Made by a program: the position numbers and the translations under genes
Notes under the pieces: generated by a model
Databases searched by the model: none
Seen by the model: the letters and a program-made list of their open reading frames with translations, nothing else
What the model was told of the DNA's origin: nothing
NCBI GenBank assembly: GCA_043228905.1
Contig: JBHGNT010000008.1
Location: forward strand, 8,122,001 to 8,186,000
From: Azolla caroliniana
Lineage: Eukaryota > Plantae > Polypodiophyta
Direction of reading: 5' to 3'
DNA: 64,000 bases
In this document: in pieces, positions 35,901 to 43,908 of the stretch
Numbering within the stretch: the first letter of the stretch is position 1
How the letters are laid out: each line of letters starts with the position of its first letter

Positions 35901-38430
35901 GAGTCCGATAGTAGTAGTTCCGAAAAAGAATGGGAAAATTCGGGTATGTGTGGATTACAGAAAATTGAATGCAGCGACAATTACGGATGCGTTTCCGTTA
36001 CCATTCACAGATGGGATATTAGATGCAGTAGCTGGACATGAAATTTATAGTTTCTTGGATGGGTTCAGTGGGTACAACCAAGTACGGATGAATCCGGAAG
36101 ATCAGGAAAAGACAGCTTTTGTCACAGAATGGGGTGTCTTTGTGGCAGTAGTAATGATGTTCGGTTTAAAAACAGCTCCAGCTACATTTCAGCGGGTAAT
36201 ACAGGAAATATTCGGGGAATATATTCCAGCTTTCATGCAGGTGTTTTTAGATGATTTTGCGGTATATAGTCGGAAAGCTGATCATTTTGAGCATTTACGG
36301 CTATGTTTAGAAAAATGTCGAAAAGGGCGTCTTAGCTTAAATCCAGCCAAATGCGCATTCGGAGTAATGAGTGGTACGTTACTTGGGCATATTGTCAGTC
36401 AAGAAGGGATTGCAGTGGACCCGGACAAAGTTAAAGCAATTATTGAGGCAACACCACCGACAAATGCTAAAGCTCTAAGTAGATTTTTGGGTCAAATTCG
36501 GTGGCACAGTAGAATGATTAGATATCTAGCAGACATTGCTATTCCGTTACACACAGCAGTACACAAAGTTCCTTTTATATGGACAAGTATAGAACAAGAT
36601 GCATACGAATGTCTCAAGAAGATGCTGACAAAGGTTCCGGTAGTCCAACCACCGGACTGGAACGAACCATTTCATGTTTTCGTCAATGCGTCGGACATTG
36701 CCATAGGCAGTGCTTTAATGCAATTATCCGAACCAAACTGGTATAGGCCAGTATACTATGCCAGTAGGAAACTTTCGTCGGCCGAAAGAAACTATTCAAC
36801 AACCGAAAGAGAAGCTTTGGGAATGATATATAGTGTGAACAAATTTCGACATTACCTTTTGGGTAAGAAATTTACATTTCATGTGGATCATTCGGCTCTA
36901 CTGTATCTAGTTTCCAAACAAGAATTGACAGGCAAGTTAGCCAGATGGACGTTATTGCTTCAAGAGTTTGAATTCGACATTATACATCGACCAGGAGCAC
37001 AGCACGCGATTGCTGACTACCTCAGTCGACTTGAATTTGGAGAAGAAGCGGTTGGTGTTAAAGATGATTTTCCAGATACTCAATTATTTCGGGTTGAGGC
37101 AGTAAAAGCACAAGAAATGAATGAGGAAAAAGAGGATGAATGGATTTCCGAAATGACGATATTTCTATCAACAGGAATTCCGGCCGAACACATGTCGACA
37201 GATGAAAGAAAAAGAATTGCAGTACGAAGTCGAAATTTTTGTTTATTTAATGACATGTTGTATCATAAAGGAGTGGATGGAATATGGCGAAGGGCAGTAC
37301 GGAAATTTGAAAAATTAGCCATATTAACAGAGTCACATTGTGGAATTGCTGGCGGTCATTACGCAGGAGAAGCAACAGCCAGAAAAATATGGAATAGCGG
37401 GTTATGGTGGCCAACGGTGATGAAAGATGCTAACGAATACTGTAAGAAATGCGATTTGTGTCAAAGAATGGGGCAACCGACCGAAAAGGATCGAATGCCT
37501 TTTCAACCGGTTTTACCTCTTGAGCCATTTCAGAAATGGGGCTTAGATTTTGTTGGCCCATTCAAACCAGCAGCTGCAAGAACCGGTAATCGATATATCA
37601 TAATTGCGACTGACTATTGCACAAAATGGGTTGAAGCAAAAGCTCTCAGAGACAATACAGCAGCATCCACAGCAAAATTCATGTATGAAAATATATGGTG
37701 TCGATTCGGTTGCCCAATAGAATTGGTAAGCGATCAAGGCACTCATTTTATTAACAAGTTAATTCACGAATTAACCAATTATTATGCCGTAGTTCATAAG
37801 AAAAGTACGCCTTACTATCCCCAAGCTAATGGATTGGCAGAATCGACAAATAAAACAATTCAAACAATTTTAAAGAAGATAGTGAATGAAAATCGTACTG
37901 ATTGGGATCAAAAGTTAAATAGTGCATTATGGGCATATCGTACTTCGTACAAAACATCCATTAAATCAACACCTTTCCGAATGGCATTCGGACTTGAAGC
38001 TGTTATGCCGATCGAATTTCAAATTCCGACACTTCGTATCCAAGCGACGAATAAGTTAAATGAAATAGAATCGGGGCAAATACGCAAAGAGGCTTTATTA
38101 GTATTAGAAGAAGAACGGATTCAATCAATGTCAGCACTAGAACACAAGCAGAGACAAATCAAGGCATTCGTAAATCGACATCGAAGGAAATCGGAAGAGC
38201 AATTCGAAATTGGGAAACCGGTATTGGTATTCCAGACGAAAATGGGACTTATGCCTAGGAAACTCCGGTATAGATGGACGGGTCCAGTATGGATAATTAA
38301 TAGTAAAAATGGTACGTATCAGCTGGGATCATTAACCGGAGAGGTTTTACCGAAATGGGCAAATGGATTCCGGCTTAAACCGTATTTGGGAGATATGCCG
38401 GTAAACCCGTTTATTCAAACGGAAGAATAA
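32920..38430 (+). CDS. Gag-Pol polyprotein, 1836 aa (CA, 3 zinc knuckles, PR, RT, RNase H, integrase)
   Basis: CX2CX4HX4C three times; IIDGGSGVN; VCVDYRKLN, LDGFSGYNQ, FLDD; TTEREALG; integrase HHCC, WGLDFVGP, SDQG, NGLAE; no chromodomain. Confidence 0.97.
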   Translation: MSSEEETPVGCKRHRTRSVTKAMQEAFIAQEQPESSTKWSKLPDLSDQLPSDEKQTEEVSFYDIWDDMPYTYSKFREGTDAEAHVRDFLTTWEINHGAQRLSADAEDKSKIAEFVLSLDGYSANWFAQNGLQGFPSFEVLTTKFLQLFYRQIPQKDLIAQFYALYQEKNETVSQFVIRFQNLQLQISRPIPDNELKEVFLEAVKEPLRTTLKVFDFRNQTIEQVIDKAIEMGRPPVNVQSMDMSALQRTLPTMEELQFRQAVQCTTCLNTGHSAIECTLRTHCTICHSKLHSVEQCEYNLLNKTTASVRQIFTDNGYQNNTNLFNGYQNNKFSQNQQNVQQNSTFQQNPVLQPNQIFSQQNMQPTQVTQAFQPGFAQSNPPFVQNPNQYFQQNNQSFQQGNPPFQGIQQNCPNVQPNSAFQPNPAFQPGNMTFQHNTQTFPQNNQMFQQNNFPPNQEFGITQNVAQPNDNTEQFRQNRYKNKKFYKPKATRQFQQNPSGNEEQQFNNGQFAHGETGGTFVPTCYICRQLGHYANQCPVKGKGPAVNMVILEVQQVTTRSKSKQSEWEIQEAVRKAAKEWVDEANQSNVNRMLQDNNIDQNIAVQQSLGNKEQEETWKLLADCQVSLPLTGLLKLVPRFTEKVAALIAYKGSEQIAVHYNQPSNNPSIMDEQNPSIKVILYGQEIGNVIIDGGSGVNVINKATCEKLGITEWEACPFWLRMADTSTVRPIGLLRQLDVIIRGHSFQISAVILQLEAQGAYPLLLGRPWLKTANIKQNWKQNVLTFRKGKTKVRIPTHNKVTTSKQSLPVHAEPVNMMEGLDEEEESQYFNDTQKIIPLFEVDILQALTPYVNSHEEVPIDEQTMKEIRMQQEATDKEMKVSQRVQASALEEIDLAGVEDGERKTVLIARDLAENDKRTLTTLLLQYKDVFAWSFDDMKGLDPAFCQHQINLHKDAKPVQQRRYRLNPNYAIKVKEEIDKLLKVGFIRPVKKSTWLSPIVVVPKKNGKIRVCVDYRKLNAATITDAFPLPFTDGILDAVAGHEIYSFLDGFSGYNQVRMNPEDQEKTAFVTEWGVFVAVVMMFGLKTAPATFQRVIQEIFGEYIPAFMQVFLDDFAVYSRKADHFEHLRLCLEKCRKGRLSLNPAKCAFGVMSGTLLGHIVSQEGIAVDPDKVKAIIEATPPTNAKALSRFLGQIRWHSRMIRYLADIAIPLHTAVHKVPFIWTSIEQDAYECLKKMLTKVPVVQPPDWNEPFHVFVNASDIAIGSALMQLSEPNWYRPVYYASRKLSSAERNYSTTEREALGMIYSVNKFRHYLLGKKFTFHVDHSALLYLVSKQELTGKLARWTLLLQEFEFDIIHRPGAQHAIADYLSRLEFGEEAVGVKDDFPDTQLFRVEAVKAQEMNEEKEDEWISEMTIFLSTGIPAEHMSTDERKRIAVRSRNFCLFNDMLYHKGVDGIWRRAVRKFEKLAILTESHCGIAGGHYAGEATARKIWNSGLWWPTVMKDANEYCKKCDLCQRMGQPTEKDRMPFQPVLPLEPFQKWGLDFVGPFKPAAARTGNRYIIIATDYCTKWVEAKALRDNTAASTAKFMYENIWCRFGCPIELVSDQGTHFINKLIHELTNYYAVVHKKSTPYYPQANGLAESTNKTIQTILKKIVNENRTDWDQKLNSALWAYRTSYKTSIKSTPFRMAFGLEAVMPIEFQIPTLRIQATNKLNEIESGQIRKEALLVLEEERIQSMSALEHKQRQIKAFVNRHRRKSEEQFEIGKPVLVFQTKMGLMPRKLRYRWTGPVWIINSKNGTYQLGSLTGEVLPKWANGFRLKPYLGDMPVNPFIQTEE

Positions 38431-38829
38431 TAAAAATAAAAATAAAAATAATAAAAATAAAAATAAACTAACTAACTCACACAATAGTTCTTGTCAATGC
38501 AGAAATAGAATCTTGCCATATCAGTCTAAATCGACTATAAATAGGAAAAGGAATTACAACCACTACACGTAGAGTTAATACTAATTAATTCCTACATTAA
38601 TAGCAATTACTATTCTTTAGTCATAATGCATAAGTTAATATCTTTAAAACATATTTCTGTATCTTCTGTGTCGCCAAAGCAATAGAAACGAGTGCAGATC
38701 TCGAAACATTCTGAGCCTTCGTGCCCTAGCTCGCCCAAACTCAGTTTCTCTGATTTTCATCGCTACAGAAGCTGTGCAGATTTCCAACCATCATCGACAA
38801 GTGATTCAGAAAAAGCAAACACAGAAGTC

Positions 38830-41298
38830 ATGCCGATTCCTGTGTCTGAAGAACTGCGACTGTGGCTTCATGAGAGAAACTTACAAGGTTTCATCAAAGT
38901 AGCAGAAGCGGAACCTCATCCACAGGCGGAAGAATTGGTACAACAAATAGACATCACCAAGGTCACCACAAAGAAAATACGAAATGCATTACAGATGCCA
39001 AGAGGAGGCTTTGATAGTGTTAAAAAACCTTCATCAGAAGCACTCCAATCCTATTTCAGAGAATACTCACCCTCGGCAAAAGCATATCAGACTTATGGAG
39101 GTCGGGATGAGTTTTTCCATCAAGTGGCTAGATTTTTACTAGAGGTGGGATTTGTCAGTCCCCGTTTTTATTGTATGCCGAAAAAAAGGGCTGGGTTTAT
39201 CATAGCCGCATACGAAAAAGAGGATTTCAACTGGCCACTATTGTCGGGGGAAGCTCTGAGAGAGCAGCTACAAGGGGTAAAAACAGGAAAACCAATGAAG
39301 CAAATTTTTGGTCGTTGGCTATCGGTATTGTTTCCGATTCAAGAATCAGAAACTCCTGTTCGGTCAAGAAGACCACCGATAGTACAAGCACCTCGAAGAC
39401 ATCGACAGGTAGCACATGAAGAATGGATAGAGGAAGAATCAGCACATGCCGATAATATGCAAACGGAAATGCCTCAGTCCGAACCACCAAGACCAGAGAA
39501 TTCCAAAAACAGGCAACCAACAGCCGAACAAGAAACAGTTGACCATTTGATAAACAAGCAGCAGTCGACAGAAAATCGACAACAAGCAGAGAAGATGCCA
39601 CAAAGGACAAGGGTTAAACAAAAGGCTAATCGGCAATTCCAACCAGAAAACAGTGATGAGTCAGCACCGAAAAGGCAACGCACAAAGGAAAATTCGAATA
39701 CGCCTGTAGTAACAGAAGTAATAAAACCAGGGAATGAGAGCGTTTCGACACAACTTCAACAAGGACAATCTTCAAAAGTAGCAATTCGGGAAGCACATGG
39801 GTGCTTGGATATTCCACCAGCAGCACATGAATTAGCTGCCATTTTACAGTTCGGAACTTCATACGAACTGGTTGAATGGTTGGCTAGAAGATTGACAGAA
39901 GTATCAGAACGGTTGGCTCAAGAACATCATGACCGAATAATGATACAGAAGTCCTTACGAGGAGTGTTGGAATCTCAAGAAAAAGCAGAGATAGAGAAAA
40001 TCGGCCGGAAAAGAAATGCACAAAATAGAGGGGAGGCTATTGAAATGCCACCATTACATGAAGCACTGGTCGAAATTCATAGAGAATATGAAAAGGCACG
40101 CAAAGCAGCCAGTGATATGGCCGAAAGATACAAAAGTGTATTAGCATCGGCGGAGGTGCTGAAACGTCAATTTTGTAACATACAGACAGAAAATAAAGAA
40201 CTAAAAGAAAGTCTAAACAAATGGGAAACACAGGCACGACCTATGGCGTCGGAGTCGGAATGGCAGCAGAAATTGGAGGACGCCGAGAAAGCACATCAAG
40301 CAGAAACAACAAGGGCCAACAATGTTGTATTTCGAACTACAGAATTAGAAAAACAAATAGAAACCATTCAGAATGGCCAATACAAAGTTCTCGAAGAAAG
40401 AAATCAATTAATAAACGAATTACAGAAAAATCTGGAAGAAGCTAAGACGGCCAATCATACATATACCGAACAAATTGAGGAATTCGAAAGGTATATAGTG
40501 TCACAGGAAAGTCAATTGACAGAAAAAGAGCGGAGTCTTGAAGAAGTCAACAGAAGAATTACGGAACAGCAGGAGGAATGGAGCAAAGAGAAATCGGCAT
40601 TCGAACAACAACTGAACGAAATCCGGAAGATATCGGAACAAAGGCGGTTGGACATATATGTAGTCGAATCCAAACTAATGCAGGCTGAAAGTGAAAACCG
40701 AGCCACCATTACGGATTTACGGAAAGAGTTGCAAGCCGCTCAATTCGACGCAAGCATCACTAAGGACAGAGTGCAGCACATCATAGGGAAACATCGAAAC
40801 TTAGCAAAGAAAATGATCGACGAATCCCTTGCGCAAGGATGGAATTTATGGACGGCACAAGCGGCGGAATTACAGTTATTGCGTGCCGACAAAAATAACC
40901 GTCAGGTCCAAGGTGCAGGTTTTTTTAAAATGACACAAAAGGATATTGACAATATCCAAGAGGATATCATGAAAGATATGGACGAAATTGCGGCATTTTA
41001 CAGAGAAGAAATTCAATGTATTATGCAAGAATTCGACAAAAATGATATAGGCACTTCCGTCCAGTTGGATAAAATCGAAGCCGAAAGAACCAGCAAGACT
41101 CATGGTCTTCAAGCTCCCGGAAGAAGTGAACCAGAGCAGCCAACCGAATCACAACATTCAAAACCTGCTCCGAATGACGACTGTGACACAGATGAAGATG
41201 AAGATGAAGAGGAAGATATAGATGGAATACATCCAAGGAGAGAAGAGCCTTCGATTTTTGATATTCTGAACGATTCGGATGAAGAGCTACAGGAATAG
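38830..41298 (+). CDS. Extra ORF of element D: conserved N-terminal domain, disordered linker, long coiled coil, acidic tail; function unknown
   Basis: Open frame 38692-41298. ATG 38830 aligns with Met codons in homologs A, B and C. E/K/Q/L-rich heptad region; no hydrophobic transmembrane stretch seen. Confidence 0.85.
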   Translation: MPIPVSEELRLWLHERNLQGFIKVAEAEPHPQAEELVQQIDITKVTTKKIRNALQMPRGGFDSVKKPSSEALQSYFREYSPSAKAYQTYGGRDEFFHQVARFLLEVGFVSPRFYCMPKKRAGFIIAAYEKEDFNWPLLSGEALREQLQGVKTGKPMKQIFGRWLSVLFPIQESETPVRSRRPPIVQAPRRHRQVAHEEWIEEESAHADNMQTEMPQSEPPRPENSKNRQPTAEQETVDHLINKQQSTENRQQAEKMPQRTRVKQKANRQFQPENSDESAPKRQRTKENSNTPVVTEVIKPGNESVSTQLQQGQSSKVAIREAHGCLDIPPAAHELAAILQFGTSYELVEWLARRLTEVSERLAQEHHDRIMIQKSLRGVLESQEKAEIEKIGRKRNAQNRGEAIEMPPLHEALVEIHREYEKARKAASDMAERYKSVLASAEVLKRQFCNIQTENKELKESLNKWETQARPMASESEWQQKLEDAEKAHQAETTRANNVVFRTTELEKQIETIQNGQYKVLEERNQLINELQKNLEEAKTANHTYTEQIEEFERYIVSQESQLTEKERSLEEVNRRITEQQEEWSKEKSAFEQQLNEIRKISEQRRLDIYVVESKLMQAESENRATITDLRKELQAAQFDASITKDRVQHIIGKHRNLAKKMIDESLAQGWNLWTAQAAELQLLRADKNNRQVQGAGFFKMTQKDIDNIQEDIMKDMDEIAAFYREEIQCIMQEFDKNDIGTSVQLDKIEAERTSKTHGLQAPGRSEPEQPTESQHSKPAPNDDCDTDEDEDEEEDIDGIHPRREEPSIFDILNDSDEELQE

Positions 41299-41325
41299 AC
41301 GTGGGTTTGCTGGACAAGGTCCTGG

Positions 41326-41340
41326 CCCACGGACGTGCCA
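41326..41340 (-). promoter_or_regulatory. Inverted PBS at the PPT position of element D
   Basis: CCCACGGACGTGCCA, then ag, then LTR start TGTTACCC; no purine tract here. Confidence 0.75.
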
Positions 41341-41798
41341 AGTGTTACCCGGACCCGGACAGTCAGTTTTACCGAACAAGTGGGAAAGCGTCGAAAACGG
41401 AGTTGGTTCGGATCGACGGTTCGGATCGATGACTCAGCAGTGAACGAAGAAAACTAAGTTAGTTAGATAATTTTGTAATTCTTGATAGTAAGTAGGAATA
41501 GTTCTTGATGAGAAAAGACCTTCGGTATACCTATAAAAGGGAACCGAAGGCATTGTAAGAAAGGTCGTTTATTTAGTAATATAAGTTTAAGTTAGGAATA
41601 TCATGTACGGATTTTGTGTTCTTTCTATTGTCTATGTTGTTAAGTGCAATCTTCCTAATTTATAACTAAGTAACGATCACGGTAATTACCGATTAATATA
41701 GTATATTTCCATTCGTAAAACACAATTCCTTGTTAGAACGTTGAGTAGCGACGTTCACTCTTCTGTATCGGTAGTAGTTAGTAATTAGCCGATTAACA

Positions 41799-43160
41799 CT
41801 TAAAGAAGTTTTCACCGTCCTTTCTCCGATTCTCAACATCCGCTCGCAAAGTCTATAATTATGTCGCCTGTTGTGCCCATTTTGACCACCATTGCACTGA
41901 GCTTTCATCAATCATACTCTTTGTCCTTGCTTTCCATGCTAGCACCATTGCACGGATCTGGTTGAGCCCCAACTTGGATTTGTCCTCTACGGCCTACATT
42001 TCCTCCTTTAACTTCTTTATGAGGCCCGCGGTTGCCTATGGTTGCACCGCATATTCCAACAATTGAGTCTGATAAGTTGTTTGAACCCTATTCAAAGAAA
42101 ATTTTGCTCGTTCCATCTCTTCATAGTGTTGTCCAGTGAGCACTGTCCTTTCCCTTGCCGCTTCCTCTAGCTGCTTTGCGGACTCAACCGCCTTCATTCC
42201 GAAGTTCTCTAATCTTCTCCTGCTACCGGTCACATTCCGCCATCAACTTCTTGTGCTCCGCATCCAAGTGCTTGTGATCCTGATGTAATCTTTCAAAGTC
42301 CTCGGTCTTCTGATTTAACCTCCGGTTGATTTGACTTCTTACTCGGTCTTCTCTGTCATTCTGTTGTCGGAGCTCTTCTTTCAGTCATTTAGTCTCTCCT
42401 TCTGCCATCCGACGCAACTTGTCTTTCTCTTGTAGCGATTTGTCTTTTTCCTCTTTTAACTGGTTGTTGGCTGCTTGAGTCTTTTGGAGGTTTTCTTCTA
42501 TTTTCCGCTTCTCCTCCTCTGTTGTCTTCTTTTGCACCCTTTCTCTGGCCCGCAAGGCCTCCTGAGCTGCTAACTCCTTCCTTAGGTTGGAGAGTTCCTG
42601 TTCTCATGCATTACTGTTGTCCGGTTCTGTAGAAGCCATCGGTTTAGTGCTTGTTTGTACATTAATAGGTGCCACTGGTTCTGATATAGTTGGCCCTGTA
42701 AGGACCTCCCTGGCTGCATCTGCCTTGGCCTTCTCTAGGTCTTTTTCCAAGCTCCATATTCGTGCCCAAGCCTTCTCCAATTGCTCGGTGGTGGCGAACC
42801 ACTGGTCCCATTGCGCTTTTTCTTCTTCTTCTATTCGGCTCACCACCTCAGCCACCTACTCTCCGATCCAACGCAACCATTGACTGTCGGTGCCTTGTTG
42901 TTTCGCCGGTTCCGGTTGTGGTGCCGGCTCTTGTCTCGGATCGATCCCTTGTTGTAATGTTGGCTCTGACCGCAACTCCTGTTCTTGTTGCGCATGTTGA
43001 CCCAGTGAAATGTGTAGTTTCGTCACCGGTTTTGGTATAATCGGTGCAACCGCTTCTGGCCGAATAGGCTTGGTCTCCTACCTTGGCTCTTGTTCCTTGG
43101 CGCGGGGAGCTCATTTATTGTACTTGTCCGGATCCGATCCGTCCCCATACTCCTCCGCGT
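41799..43160 (-). pseudogene. Extra-ORF remnant (coiled-coil part) of element C
   Basis: Fragments ARIWSLEKDLEK and LNRVQTTYQTQL are homologous to A and B. Confidence 0.75.
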
Positions 43161-43856
43161 TGTCGTAGTGTAATTCGCACACTACGTGAAAAATTACATT
43201 TTTGGTCTCTTCGGATAGGACATGGAGTACCCGATGACAACCTGAAGAAGGAACCGATAAGGACCGAAACCGGTAAGGAGACCCGGCAAGAGCCGGATGA
43301 AGAAGGACGGTGAGAGTCGGTGAGAAACGGACGAAGAGATTGGTAAGGAGGTCCCGGTAAGAACCGGACAAAGAAAACTAGCAAGCACTGGATGAAGCAG
43401 AACCGGAAAGAGCCGGTGTTAACTCTTAGGGCCGGACAATGGCCTAACAGAGGGTGTCTACGGAAGACACTTCACCAAAGGAGTGTTACGGCAAGAGGAT
43501 TATAATCAACAATTAATCCGACTTAATTAGGCTACTTAGTATGATCGTCCTTAATAATCACACGCGTAAGATATAACAATGAATGTAGAACGGCAATTAA
43601 CACAGAGAGATAAAAACACTAAGCTTTATTAATTAACCGTTACTCATTACATTGTATTCGGGCCTTTAAATAGGTTTCCGATCTGTAGTACAAAACGGTG
43701 CCATCCGCACCTGTTTGGGATCGGTCCGGATCCGGAACGGCATACCGATTCCAGTCCGTCCGTCCACACTCATAGCTTACTTACAACCATTCCTAATAAT
43801 TAAATAACTCCCCGTTTCACACTCTGGACTCCTTTGCCGGCCGGGCCGGTAACACA

Positions 43857-43872
43857 TGGCACGCCCGTGGGA
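43857..43872 (+). promoter_or_regulatory. Inverted PBS at the PPT position of element B
   Basis: GGTAACA, then ca, then TGGCACGCCCGTGGGA. Confidence 0.78.
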
Positions 43873-43908
43873 CAGTACCTTGTACGTTGAATCCACATCC
43901 GACCCTTG

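Larger units (their letters stand above)
32405..41798 (+). mobile_element. Element D: young, near-intact non-chromovirus Gypsy retrotransposon with extra 3' ORF (9394 bp)
   Basis: 456-bp LTRs 32405-32860 and 41343-41798 (3 substitutions seen); TSD CTTAA; two long open ORFs. Confidence 0.97.

Noticed and set aside
38692-41298. Extra ORF as env or as a host SMC/myosin gene
   Set aside because: No signal peptide, transmembrane segment or Walker motifs; it lies between the LTRs in several elements.
32872-41340. The two opposed PBS motifs as a simple RNA panhandle or self-priming pair
   Set aside because: They are near-complementary in D and E, but in B the 5' site (TGGCGACCAC) pairs with the 3' site only over TGGC. 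Not excluded for D, but not a general explanation.
39171-41341. Short antisense or overlapping ORFs within gag-pol and extra ORFs throughout the window
   Set aside because: Shadow frames of TE coding sequence with no recognisable motifs.
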